A DNA stretch of 64,000 nt from Candidatus Aenigmatarchaeota archaeon. GTDB lineage: Archaea > Aenigmatarchaeota > Aenigmatarchaeia > JACPZZ01. Positions 52,551-61,869 of this stretch are shown in pieces. Position 1 is the stretch's first letter; each line of letters opens with the position of its first letter. The stretch covers positions 32,949-96,948 of the forward strand of contig JAZDLW010000019.1 in NCBI GenBank assembly GCA_043801595.1. Direction: 5' to 3'. A program made the translations under genes and the position numbers. The notes beneath the pieces are model-generated. The model was given only the letters and a program-made list of their open reading frames with translations, was not told the origin of the DNA and made no database searches.

Positions 52551-53072
52551 ATGATAGAGATAATAGCCGCAGCTTTTGCAACCGGAATACTCGTTAAATT
52601 CGTCGACGATATACACGATAAACCCATGAAACGGTTCAAGAATGTGGAGATGTTTTTCGGTTTTAGCTACGGACTTCTGCTTTCGTATGTTGCTTTAAAG
52701 TCCGCTGATGTTGCTAACCTTTGGATAGCCGTTGTTCTTGCGAATTTTTTGGCGGGAAAACTCGATTCGCCGGGGCACAGGATCGGCGCGTTTTCGATGT
52801 TTGCGATCCTGTTTATTCTGGGTTTTCCAATGCTGCAGCCCGCATTGTTCCTGATATTCCTGGCCGCAGCTTATGCGGACGAGTTTTTCAGCGACCTTGC
52901 AGATGCCAAGAAAATAAAAAACAAGACCATCGCAAAAATAATATTGTGCAGGCCATTCCTCGAGGTCGCGGCGTTCGTTGCAGCGGCTATAACAGCAACG
53001 TGGATAATTTTTGCCTCGATAATAGCGTTTGATCTCGGATACGTTGCGACAAAAAAATTAATAACAGCATGA
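52551..53072 (+). CDS. Integral membrane protein, hypothetical
   Basis: Five or six hydrophobic segments. It starts 4 nt after dys. No recognisable motif. Confidence 0.45.
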   Translation: MIEIIAAAFATGILVKFVDDIHDKPMKRFKNVEMFFGFSYGLLLSYVALKSADVANLWIAVVLANFLAGKLDSPGHRIGAFSMFAILFILGFPMLQPALFLIFLAAAYADEFFSDLADAKKIKNKTIAKIILCRPFLEVAAFVAAAITATWIIFASIIAFDLGYVATKKLITA

Positions 53073-53254
53073 CCGGCGCTTTTAAAAAACGATACGATAT
53101 GGCCGAAATGCGGTTTTTTGCCCGCAGCTTATAAAGCGTGCGCCGCATCTATTTATATCCATTATATTGATATAACTTAGACATACGGAAGGATTCTCTT
53201 TTTCAGGGAGTTTTTTTGCGTGTCTGATATAGGAAAAAAGGGTGAATAAGGAAA

Positions 53255-53407
53255 ATGGCATTCGGTGGACGCAATTTCGGCGGTCCCAGAGAAACACACA
53301 AGATAACTTGTGCTGACTGTGGGAACGAATCTGAAGTCCCTTTCAAGCCGGACGGCAAAAGGCCCGTCTATTGTAGGGATTGCTTCAACAAGAGACGCGG
53401 AGCTTAA
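53255..53407 (+). CDS. CxxC-x17-CxxC zinc-ribbon protein (50 aa; missed by the ORF track)
   Basis: Hand translation gives MAFGGRNFGGPRETHKITCADCGNESEVPFKPDGKRPVYCRDCFNKRRGA. The C.DCG....VPF.P...RPVYC.DC pattern is that of a widespread small archaeal/bacterial zinc-ribbon family. The antisense track ORF 53082-53297 is spurious. Confidence 0.7.
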   Translation: MAFGGRNFGGPRETHKITCADCGNESEVPFKPDGKRPVYCRDCFNKRRGA

Positions 53408-53408
53408 G

Positions 53409-53456
53409 TTAAACTTTCAGAAAGTTTAATCAAAGTTACACGGTTCTTTGATCAAA
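53409..53456 (+). repeat. Hairpin-repeat module (class 2)
   Basis: TTAAACTTT|CAG|AAAGTTTAA is at 53409-53429, followed by TCAAAG. TTTGATCAAA is at 53447-53456. The module begins 2 nt after the zinc-ribbon stop codon. Confidence 0.75.
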
Positions 53457-53545
53457 CCTTAAATAAGTTTGAAAGGCAACGATTTGAGTTTTTGGCTTCA
53501 TTGCCAATTTTGTATTTTTATATCCTAGACATCTCTATATTTTTC

Positions 53546-53827
53546 ATGGTTACAGAGGTTCGTGCAAGTCACATTCTGGTGAAGACGGAGAACGAAGCGA
53601 AAACAGTTCTGGAAAGAATCAATAAGGGCGAAAGCTTTGCGAAAATCGCAATGGAAGTTTCGTTGTGCCCGTCCGGCAAGAAAGGCGGGGATCTTGGTTA
53701 TTTCGGTCGCGGTCGCATGGTGCGCGCATTTGAGAATGCGGCTTTTGAACTGGAAAAAGGCAAGGTTTCATTGCCGTTCAAAACAGAGTTTGGGTGGCAT
53801 GTGTTAAAGGTTACAGATAAAAAATAA
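53546..53827 (+). CDS. Parvulin-type peptidyl-prolyl cis-trans isomerase
   Basis: VRASHILVK.E.EA..V...I..GE.FAKIA.E.S.CPSGKKGGDLGYFGRG.MV..FE.AAF.L..G.VS.P..T.FGWH is the PpiC/Par10 signature. A TTTTTATAT TATA-like element lies 24 nt upstream of the ATG at 53546. Confidence 0.85.
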   Translation: MVTEVRASHILVKTENEAKTVLERINKGESFAKIAMEVSLCPSGKKGGDLGYFGRGRMVRAFENAAFELEKGKVSLPFKTEFGWHVLKVTDKK

Positions 53828-53847
53828 TTTTACAAACGTCCCAAGTT

Positions 53848-54234
53848 TTACAGATCGATCGTTTTTTCCAAACTTTCTCCGAACTCAAACAGTTCTGCTG
53901 CGGAAATATCCGTGTCCATAAATGCAGTCAGGTAGCCGTGATCAATGACCCTAAGCATCAAAAGCGCAGATCCGCAGCTGCTTGAAATGATTGCAGCGTT
54001 TTTTTCGTAGAATTCCTTGACATTTTTTTTGCCGTCCCTGTCCAGGTACGCTGCTTGTACAAGCTTCGCTTCGGCCATTTGCATCAAAGCGTATCCAGCC
54101 GGATAATCGTTGGAAAAGCGCGGTGAGACGTAACCGGATATCGGCAGGCCGTTTTCATCCCAGGCGCGCACGGATAATATGCCGGGGAAAATCGGATCCG
54201 ACTCAAATAAGTTTCTGAAAAGATCCTGCATCAA
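53848..54234 (-). CDS. Hypothetical protein (128 aa)
   Basis: ORF only. Soluble, with no motif recognised. Confidence 0.35.
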   Translation of the reverse strand: MMQDLFRNLFESDPIFPGILSVRAWDENGLPISGYVSPRFSNDYPAGYALMQMAEAKLVQAAYLDRDGKKNVKEFYEKNAAIISSSCGSALLMLRVIDHGYLTAFMDTDISAAELFEFGESLEKTIDL

Positions 54235-54338
54235 ATCGCCTTGCGTAACAACAAATTTAATGGGAAGGTTAGTTATTTAAGCGCGTCTTCCCGCTTTTAT
54301 AAGCGACGCAGGCGTTAATATGAAACTGGACTGACGGA

Positions 54339-55868
54339 ATGGAACGAAAAAATAACAAGCTTGTCATAATGCTCAGCGTGCTGAGCGGATTATTTCTTTC
54401 TGCATTGGACCAAACAATCGTATCGACAGCGTTGCCGAAAATCGTTTCGGCGCTTGGCGGCATAGAACTTCTCAGCTGGGTAGTTTCCTCGTACCTGCTT
54501 ACGTCAACGGCTGCTGTCATAATCTACGGGCGGCTCTCCGATATTCACGGGCGCAAGAATTTGTTCATACTGGGAATACTGATATTTCTCGGAGGTTCAG
54601 TTTTATCAGGGTTTTCTGGCAACATAATAGAGCTTGTGATATTCCGCGCAATACAGGGAATCGGAGGAGGCGCGATAATTGCGAACTCTATGGCGATAAT
54701 AGGCGATTTATTCCCGCCCGCGGAACGCGGAAAGTGGCAGGGCGTCATCGGCGCGACATTCGGGTTAGCGTCGATAATCGGCCCGTTACTGGGCGGATTT
54801 ATAACGGATACGCTGAGCTGGCACTGGATATTCTTCATCAATCTGCCAATAGGCGCTGTTTCAATCCTGATATTGTCGAAATATTTGCCGGACATAAAAG
54901 GACACCGTGCAACAATCGATTACAAGGGCGCGGCGCTGCTTACTACTTCTTCGGTATTATTCATGCTTGGTTTGTTCCTAATTAACACACATTATATGCA
55001 GACTGTTGCGCTATCGCTGCTTTCGGCTGTTGCGCTGTTTTTCTTTGTCAAGACGGAAAGAAAAGCAAAAGATCCGATCCTTCCGCTTTCGATATTCAAA
55101 AATAAAATATTCTCCGTGTCGGTAAGCGCCGCGTTCATAACTGCAATAGGAATGTTCGGCACAATAACATACATACCTCTATTTGCCCAGGCTGTTTTGG
55201 GAAAGTCCGCGACAGCAGCGGGCGTAATACTTACGCCGATGGTCGTTGCGATGGTAACCGTTAACATGATTTCCGGACAGATAATATCGCGTACGGGCAA
55301 ATACAAGGCGCTGGCGATTTTCGGCCTGACTCTTGTCGTATTAGGAATGTTTCTGCTTTCTCGGATGGGCGCGTCTACAACCGATATAGCGCTTGTCAGA
55401 AATATCGCACTTGTCGGCGCAGGAATGGGCGTCACGTTCCCGCTGTTCGTGATAACAACGCAAAATGCATTCGAACATTCCATGATAGGCGTCGTAACCG
55501 CGTCGCTGCAGTTTTTCAGGAACATAGGAAGCCTGATAGGCGTGACTATTTTCGGCGTAATATTGGTCGCGTCGCTTAACAGCGTGCTTGGCGCAAACAA
55601 CACAACGATAAACCCGAGTGTGCTGCTTGACGCGGATTATTTGTCGACGCTCAGCGCTGCGCAGATAGTTGGTCTGCGATCGGCGCTTGCAGTTTCATTG
55701 GACAACGCCTTTTTGCTGGCGACGGCTGCGAGTTTATTTGCGCTGTTAGTAACGTTCTCCTTAAAGGAAATCCCGCTTAGGAAGACGCACGAGACGGTTA
55801 TCGAGGAAGCGGGCATGGATCTTGCAAAAGGTGAGGGCGTTTTCAATCCCGAATACGAGAACAAATAA
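54339..55868 (+). CDS. MFS transporter, DHA2/EmrB-like (14 TM)
   Basis: Contains [13 protein letters not shown], the motif-A-like [13 protein letters not shown], and motif [10 protein letters not shown]. Its length is compatible with 14 TM segments. Confidence 0.85.
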   Translation: MERKNNKLVIMLSVLSGLFLSALDQTIVSTALPKIVSALGGIELLSWVVSSYLLTSTAAVIIYGRLSDIHGRKNLFILGILIFLGGSVLSGFSGNIIELVIFRAIQGIGGGAIIANSMAIIGDLFPPAERGKWQGVIGATFGLASIIGPLLGGFITDTLSWHWIFFINLPIGAVSILILSKYLPDIKGHRATIDYKGAALLTTSSVLFMLGLFLINTHYMQTVALSLLSAVALFFFVKTERKAKDPILPLSIFKNKIFSVSVSAAFITAIGMFGTITYIPLFAQAVLGKSATAAGVILTPMVVAMVTVNMISGQIISRTGKYKALAIFGLTLVVLGMFLLSRMGASTTDIALVRNIALVGAGMGVTFPLFVITTQNAFEHSMIGVVTASLQFFRNIGSLIGVTIFGVILVASLNSVLGANNTTINPSVLLDADYLSTLSAAQIVGLRSALAVSLDNAFLLATAASLFALLVTFSLKEIPLRKTHETVIEEAGMDLAKGEGVFNPEYENK

Positions 55869-55958
55869 TATTTCTTATAATTTATTTTATCCATAACTAA
55901 ATGAGAAACCGTTATCCTACATCTATTCAACAGAAAGGTCAATGTTTTAATTACCTGA

Positions 55959-57833
55959 ATGTATTCATTAAATATGGCATTAATGGGGAAGATCGTCTTT
56001 TTTATGATTATTTTCATGCTGCCGGTATTTGTTATTGCCGAAGACAAGCCGGACTTGGGAACACTGGGGAGCATTCCAAAATTAACCGATGCGGAGAAAG
56101 TCGATGCGCCCGAACTTTATTCTTCGACAGTTTACCCGTCCTTCGGAACCCCATGCATGAATTTCACATACAGGGTATATTACAAGGACAGTCAAGGCCG
56201 TCCTCCGGCATACGTAAAAATATGGCACGATTACAAGTGGTACAACATGACAAAGGAAAGCGGAAATTATGCGAGCGAAGCAATGTATACATTCAATTAT
56301 GTGCCGACATCCGGCAAAGAACTGTTCTATTATATTGAAGCCAGCAATGGCGTTGGAAAGGCGAGGGCTGCGATAATAGACAGCCCGGACCAAGGTCCGC
56401 TACTCTATGCTGAAAAACTTGACAACAATGAAATAATTTTGCTGGACAATAACGGAAATAAATTATGGTCATATGAAACAAAAAACGACTGGGTTGAGGG
56501 CGTCGCACTTTCCGATGATGGCAGATACGCTGCTGCTGTTACAGGATACGCGATCTACCTGTTTTCAAACAGCAGCAACGAGACGCTAATAAAATGGAAA
56601 TTATGCGACAAGTGCGATGTGCCGAAGGTTACGATGGCAGGTTTCAACGGGGTGGACATTTCCGGAGACGGCAGATACATGGCAGGAACACTCGGAACCA
56701 CTCTTTATTATTTTGATACAGCATCCAGGCAGTTGCTCTGGAAAACATCCCTTGAGGCAAATGTCATAGGTGTTTCAATGTCCGATGACGGAGGGCGTGT
56801 CGCGGTTGGATTGGGAAACGCTGACAATAAGGGCGATAAGGTAATTCTTTTTAACAGCACAGGGGGAAAACTTTGGGAATATAAAGCCCCCAATCCCGGA
56901 TACACGCAGACCGGAAATTTCTACAAGCCAGACATCACTTCGGATGGTAGCTATACAGCAGTATCATCGGGATGCCCTGACAGAAGAGCTTATCTGTTCT
57001 CGAATAACGGGGAATTGCTTTTTATGAGCGAAATGCTCACAAGGGATTCACCTGTCCATGAGTCGGCGATATCGGATAACGGAGAATATATAGCGTATGT
57101 AGCAGATCAGGAGCAGGGCAAACCGAATTTATTTTTATTTTCCAAATCCGGCAGGAAAATATGGGAATTCTCGTCCCCGGACGACGCGACAGCGCGATCC
57201 GTTTCGATTTCATCCGATGGAAAATACATAGCATCCGGAACCCTGAGCGGGAATGTATATTTATTTTCGAGTGAAAGCAACGCTCCGCTCTGGAAATTCT
57301 CAGAAAGCGGGGATTTCAGAAAGATCGGCGATTTGAAACTGAGCCCTGACGGGAGATTTCTGGCAGCCGGGAGCAGTTCGAAAAAAATCTATCTTTTCTC
57401 AATAAACAGCAGCAAACCGTTGTGGGAATACACGGCTCCGACTTATGTGACATTCGTTGATTTCAACGGCAAGTATGTGGTTGCAGGTACAGGAGTCAGG
57501 CAATTCGTGTTTGAGGGGAACAGCGCATCCACAGAGGAGGTTCAATGCAGCGAAATAACCCAGATGCCTTACGTGGAAAGCGCCGATTCGAACGGCGCTT
57601 CTGCGAATAACACCGCTCCATCATATTGCGGGAATGGGATTTGCGAGAATTGGGCGGAATCGAAGGATATCTGTGCGCAGGATTGCTGCCCGGATTGTAA
57701 TAATAAAAACACCCAGTCGATCACTGGGAACAATACAACCAAAGAAACGGGCAGCCCCCGGAGAAATCTTGAAAATAAGAATTTCCTCGAAATCATAATC
57801 GATTTTTTCAGGAACCTGTTCGGAACAAAATAA
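55959..57833 (+). CDS. Secreted beta-propeller repeat protein with a Cys-rich C-terminal module
   Basis: A signal peptide is present after the internal Met (MGKIVFFMIIFMLPVFVIA). At least seven ~40-50 aa repeats share S(D/S)DG(R/K/S)Y(I/A/M)A.....(I/L)Y(L/Y)F...G..LW. The C-terminus is YCGNGICENWAESKDICAQDCCPDC. Confidence 0.7.
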   Translation: MYSLNMALMGKIVFFMIIFMLPVFVIAEDKPDLGTLGSIPKLTDAEKVDAPELYSSTVYPSFGTPCMNFTYRVYYKDSQGRPPAYVKIWHDYKWYNMTKESGNYASEAMYTFNYVPTSGKELFYYIEASNGVGKARAAIIDSPDQGPLLYAEKLDNNEIILLDNNGNKLWSYETKNDWVEGVALSDDGRYAAAVTGYAIYLFSNSSNETLIKWKLCDKCDVPKVTMAGFNGVDISGDGRYMAGTLGTTLYYFDTASRQLLWKTSLEANVIGVSMSDDGGRVAVGLGNADNKGDKVILFNSTGGKLWEYKAPNPGYTQTGNFYKPDITSDGSYTAVSSGCPDRRAYLFSNNGELLFMSEMLTRDSPVHESAISDNGEYIAYVADQEQGKPNLFLFSKSGRKIWEFSSPDDATARSVSISSDGKYIASGTLSGNVYLFSSESNAPLWKFSESGDFRKIGDLKLSPDGRFLAAGSSSKKIYLFSINSSKPLWEYTAPTYVTFVDFNGKYVVAGTGVRQFVFEGNSASTEEVQCSEITQMPYVESADSNGASANNTAPSYCGNGICENWAESKDICAQDCCPDCNNKNTQSITGNNTTKETGSPRRNLENKNFLEIIIDFFRNLFGTK

Positions 57834-57892
57834 CTAAATGGGGAAACCGTCAATTTTTATATCATAGGAAAGCTAAAAAATATTTAGATTCG

Positions 57893-60163
57893 ATGTCTGG
57901 TTTCAAGTTTTCATCGAGAAAAGCGTCCAAACAATCATTCCGCAAGCGGCATCCGATTTTCTTCTGGGGTTCCCTCGTTATAGGTTTGGCTGTTTTTGTG
58001 TTTGCGTTGAGCATACCTTCAAACCATAATATTCAGTCTCAATCCAAAGCGTTCACAGCCATTGTTGCAAAGGGACCAATCGCAGGCGCCACTGTGAGCG
58101 TCTACGAATTGAAAGATGACGGGACCAGAGGAAATTTGCTCATTGATTCTATGATTTCAGACGCTTCCGGGAGCGTAGACTTCTCTATACTCAAGGAACT
58201 TCCCACCCGCTTACTCGTGGAGTCTTCCGGAGGAGCATATAGGGATGAAGTTACCGGAGTGCAGGTGCAGTTATCCGGCAATGACGTGATTCATACAGTA
58301 TTACCGGCAGGCATACGGCAGGCTGCGGTAACACCATTCACTGATATGGCAGCCTCTTTAGCAACGAAATGGATGCAGCAGGGAATTCCGGCAGGCGATG
58401 CGGTGACGCAGGCGAACATTGCAGTTGCCCAGCAATATCAGCTCCAGAGCATTCTTGAGATTGTGCCAGTTGCTGCGAACGACCCGAGCGCAATGAAAGC
58501 GGCAAATCTGGATGCGAGAAAATACAGCGCGCTTCTGGCAGGGCTAGACCAAGAGGCGAAGAACATGAATGTCCGTGCCATAGATCTTGCGCAAGCGCTT
58601 GCAAATGACTGGTCTGACGGGATTGTGGACGGCACAGCAAATGGAAATCCTATCACGGTCAATGATTTGTCTGGAAAGCCTGTACAAATAACCGCGAAAA
58701 CAGGCCTTGACGATCTTCAAACCGCTGCCAACACTTTCCTTGCCGGCGCGAATGATGCAACAAAACTCAAGAAGATGGATATTTCATTGAATCCTGTCAG
58801 GGCAGATACAACATTTGCCATTACTACAACAGCGCTTCCTGTCTGGGAATCCGGCAAAGCCGGCGCATTTACAATTACAGCAAGCGGCGGAAAACCGCCT
58901 TATGTCTGGACTCTGAGGCAGGGTTCGACGCTTCCGAACGGATTTACGCTGAGCAGGGACGGGATTCTTTCAGGCAAGAGCACACTTTCTTTGGGAACAA
59001 CAAAGAGCATCTCCCCGCCATTTGTCGTAATCGTGAGCGACTCATCATCGCCGCCAAACACACGGGAAATCGAGTTGAGAATTACCATTGTCCAGTCTGC
59101 TCCGCAGCTCACACTCAGACCGGCCAAATGCATGGTTGGCAGAGCGTGCTCTGTGCAAGTCGCAACAGCAAGCGGCGGAACGCCTCCGTACTATTTCAAA
59201 TCCGATACGTTCAGAGCCGGAGCTCCGCCTATGGGCATGATGATAGATTTGAACGGATATCTGACAGGCACAACCAGAGTACAAGGAACGCATACTTATG
59301 GAGTTTGTGTTGTGGATATGGTCGGTGCGTCGAGCTGCGACACGACAGATGTGACCATAATCGAAGCAATTCCTGATGCCCAGATTGCCAATCTCACAGT
59401 GTTCTGGGCTGGCACAGGAAGCGGTTCGATAGGTTGGAATCCGGGCAGCATTGTGCAAAAGGACTGCGGAACCACTGACAGCGGAATTTATTGGTGTGTC
59501 CTGCCCTACAAACTTGGCACCAAAGTCACACTTACGAATGAACCGAACGACGAATCCACATTCGACAGCTGGTCCGGAGAATGCTCCGGAACCGATTGTT
59601 CTGTCACAATGGATAAAGATAAAACTGTAGTCGCAAATTTCGCAAGCAAGTCTGAAACATGGACCGGAAAGATTATTGGCACATTCCTTGAGGAGGGCTG
59701 TGCTTGGTGCGAGAAGGGAACTCTCGGCATCAACCTTGATGTGAGTATGACATTTTCAGATAGTTTGGTTGCTGCACTGAGAGGCAATAGCAGTGACCAG
59801 TATTATTCCCCCGCCAACGGCTACGGATACGTCAGCGGAACCTCAAGTTCGGCAACAGCACCAGTATCAAATACGAAGGATTGCACGTGTCAAATTACCG
59901 GCGGAAGCGTTACCAACATTCCGGTAGATGTCAGCGGCTACAGGGGCGAAGGAAAAAGCACGATTTCGATTTACTCAAGCAACACCACATATTCCATAGC
60001 TTTGGGCGGGCTTACCCACAATTGCCCGAATGATTTTCTGACACATCCCGTATCGGAATATGGGGTTACATTGGTGCCCACGTCCATCACAAATACAGTA
60101 ATTAAGGGGAATTTGGACGACGATAAAGACCATTCCGGCACATTCACGCTTACAAAGAAATAG
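57893..60163 (+). CDS. Membrane-anchored extracellular protein with putative Ig-like (He_PIG-type) and InlB-B-repeat-like modules
   Basis: The N-terminal anchor is HPIFFWGSLVIGLAVFVFAL. Two copies of GG(K/T)PPY....(L/F).....P.G(F/M).(L/I)...G.L(S/T)G are present. The InlB-B-repeat-like segment is VTLTNEPNDESTFDSWSGECSGTDCSVTMDKDKTVVANF. Confidence 0.55.
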   Translation: MSGFKFSSRKASKQSFRKRHPIFFWGSLVIGLAVFVFALSIPSNHNIQSQSKAFTAIVAKGPIAGATVSVYELKDDGTRGNLLIDSMISDASGSVDFSILKELPTRLLVESSGGAYRDEVTGVQVQLSGNDVIHTVLPAGIRQAAVTPFTDMAASLATKWMQQGIPAGDAVTQANIAVAQQYQLQSILEIVPVAANDPSAMKAANLDARKYSALLAGLDQEAKNMNVRAIDLAQALANDWSDGIVDGTANGNPITVNDLSGKPVQITAKTGLDDLQTAANTFLAGANDATKLKKMDISLNPVRADTTFAITTTALPVWESGKAGAFTITASGGKPPYVWTLRQGSTLPNGFTLSRDGILSGKSTLSLGTTKSISPPFVVIVSDSSSPPNTREIELRITIVQSAPQLTLRPAKCMVGRACSVQVATASGGTPPYYFKSDTFRAGAPPMGMMIDLNGYLTGTTRVQGTHTYGVCVVDMVGASSCDTTDVTIIEAIPDAQIANLTVFWAGTGSGSIGWNPGSIVQKDCGTTDSGIYWCVLPYKLGTKVTLTNEPNDESTFDSWSGECSGTDCSVTMDKDKTVVANFASKSETWTGKIIGTFLEEGCAWCEKGTLGINLDVSMTFSDSLVAALRGNSSDQYYSPANGYGYVSGTSSSATAPVSNTKDCTCQITGGSVTNIPVDVSGYRGEGKSTISIYSSNTTYSIALGGLTHNCPNDFLTHPVSEYGVTLVPTSITNTVIKGNLDDDKDHSGTFTLTKK

Positions 60164-60211
60164 AATACTGTCAGAATTTTTCAGGGAAATATGCGTTAGC
60201 AAGATAGAGCA

Positions 60212-60469
60212 CTAACCTTTCTTGACAAGTTCGCTTTTTAGTTTTTCCAAAAGAACTGGATCTAGTTTTATCTTAGAACATTCAGCTTGGTTGATTATGT
60301 AGCCAAGCATTTCCTTTGTCGGGTTGAAAAACTTTAACCTTTGCTCCAGATATCTTATCTGCTTTTCAAGTTTGGTAGGTTCAACGTTTTTGACATTTTT
60401 GATTTCAGCGTTGATTCTACTCAGCATTTCTATGAGTTTTTTAACATCCCCAGGTTCATAAGTTTCCAT
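60212..60469 (-). CDS. Hypothetical small coiled-coil protein
   Basis: 85-aa ORF with a charged, helical composition. Confidence 0.3.
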   Translation of the reverse strand: METYEPGDVKKLIEMLSRINAEIKNVKNVEPTKLEKQIRYLEQRLKFFNPTKEMLGYIINQAECSKIKLDPVLLEKLKSELVKKG

Positions 60470-60556
60470 GATATTATCTTTATTTTTTAAAATTATTAAA
60501 GTTTTTACGTAATAAGGTAATTTTTATGGCTTCAAAATCCATTCCATATTACCCAA

Positions 60557-60682
60557 TGGGGAAACCGTGATTTGAACACGGGTCACCGACTAATTCTAAA
60601 TCTTTCTTTCCCTTAAGGCTTTCTTGTTGAAAGAAAGGCTTACCCGAAGCCGGTATCTTAGACCAGGCTGGACCATTTCCCC
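60557..60682 (-). tRNA. tRNA-Pro (anticodon CGG) with a 51-nt intron at the canonical 37/38 position
   Basis: On the minus strand the acceptor stem is GGGGAAA/TTTCCCC with A73. The D-arm is GTCC-AGCCTGGTCTAA-GAT. The anticodon stem is CCGGC/GTCGG and the loop is TT-CGG-G|intron|A. The T-arm is CCGTG-TTCAAAT-CACGG. The intron spans 60592-60642. CCA is not encoded. Confidence 0.8.
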
Positions 60683-60683
60683 C

Positions 60684-60713
60684 AAACTTTCTTACAAAGA
60701 AAGTTTGATCAAA
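60684..60713 (+). repeat. Hairpin-repeat module (class 2)
   Basis: AAACTTTCTT|ACA|AAGAAAGTTT is at 60684-60706 and runs into TTTGATCAAA at 60704-60713. Confidence 0.75.
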
Positions 60714-60849
60714 GAAGGAAAGTTTGTTGTGCAATGATTTACCTTTCTCCTCTTTCTTTATTTCTGTCAACTATAAGTATTAAACCACGCTATACTTTTG
60801 TTCGCTGCGAATGATCGCGTATTTATTAGGATTATAACGAGGTTAAATT

Positions 60850-61737
60850 ATGCTTAACGCCGGCAGAATGTTCAGTGTGTTTGCACTTGTAACGATCGTA
60901 CTGGCAGGCATGTTTCCGATAATCGCAGCTGCGGATACTGTCAATTCAAATGCGAACAGCGTAGGCATATCCTTTGATATCAACGCGGACAATTCGGTGA
61001 AACAGACAACGAAATTCCATTTCAACAGTTCTGTGGCGAATAATTCCATAAACTATACGCTAAGCGGACCTGTCAGGGACATAAGCGTCATTGACGACAG
61101 CGGAAACAGTCTCGCATACAGGCTTCTGGTGCAGAACAACGGCTCGATCCTGGAAATCTTCCTGGAAGGAGCGACGAGCACTCTTACACTCGGCTATACG
61201 GCCGATAACGTGATATTTCACAGCGGCACGATAAGCCACTTCTTTACAGAGTTTTCCTTTGAAAGGACGCTTTACAACGTGAGCGTGCAGGTGGCGTTGC
61301 CTCCGGGCTATGCCATATACCAGAACGATTACAGTCCTATGGGAGCGAGCATTGTTTCAGATGGTTCACGAATAATCCTATTGTGGAATGGAAACAATGT
61401 CGGCGGTCCGATCCTTTTCTCGGTGAAGTTTACTGGTGCCGGTCAGGGCAGCGTTATTTTGATTGCGTTCGTTGTTGCGCTGATCGCGATAATCATGGCG
61501 CTTTACATTTATTTCAAACGAAAAACAAAGGAAGAGTTTATGAAAGGATTCAGGGAGGATGAGCGTAAAACGATAACGTTCATACAGGCCAGGAAGACCG
61601 CTTTGCAGAGCGACCTGCAGAATGAATTCGGATTCTCGCGCGCCAAATCCACGCGGATAGTTTCGAGGCTGGAGAGCGAAGGCTACATTAAAAAACAAAG
61701 ACACGGAAGAACGAACAAACTTTTCTGGCTAAAGTAA
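60850..61737 (+). CDS. Membrane-tethered winged-helix regulator (extracellular domain, TM, cytoplasmic wHTH; COG2512-like architecture)
   Basis: A signal/anchor (VFALVTIVLAGMFPIIAA) precedes a ~190-aa extracytoplasmic domain and the TM segment VILIAFVVALIAIIMALYIYF. The C-terminus ERKTITFIQARKTALQSDLQNEFGFSRAKSTRIVSRLESEGYIKKQRHGRTNKLFWL is wHTH-like. Confidence 0.6.
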   Translation: MLNAGRMFSVFALVTIVLAGMFPIIAAADTVNSNANSVGISFDINADNSVKQTTKFHFNSSVANNSINYTLSGPVRDISVIDDSGNSLAYRLLVQNNGSILEIFLEGATSTLTLGYTADNVIFHSGTISHFFTEFSFERTLYNVSVQVALPPGYAIYQNDYSPMGASIVSDGSRIILLWNGNNVGGPILFSVKFTGAGQGSVILIAFVVALIAIIMALYIYFKRKTKEEFMKGFREDERKTITFIQARKTALQSDLQNEFGFSRAKSTRIVSRLESEGYIKKQRHGRTNKLFWLK

Positions 61738-61869
61738 TTTTTTCGTAAAACTATTTTCTGATAACCGTTTCACGACTGTTTCAGCACACCAATTAGTAGC
61801 TGAAACGGACTAAAACTGCTTGTAAGAAAAGGGCGCGAAAAGACGCCCTTTGTGTGGGGTGCATACAAT

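Noticed and set aside
53082-53297. 71-aa minus-strand track ORF
   Set aside because: It overlaps the start of the conserved zinc-ribbon gene on the + strand and an intergenic region. It has no motif.
60549-60770. 73-aa minus-strand track ORF
   Set aside because: It is a translation of the tRNA-Pro gene, its intron and the adjacent hairpin repeat.
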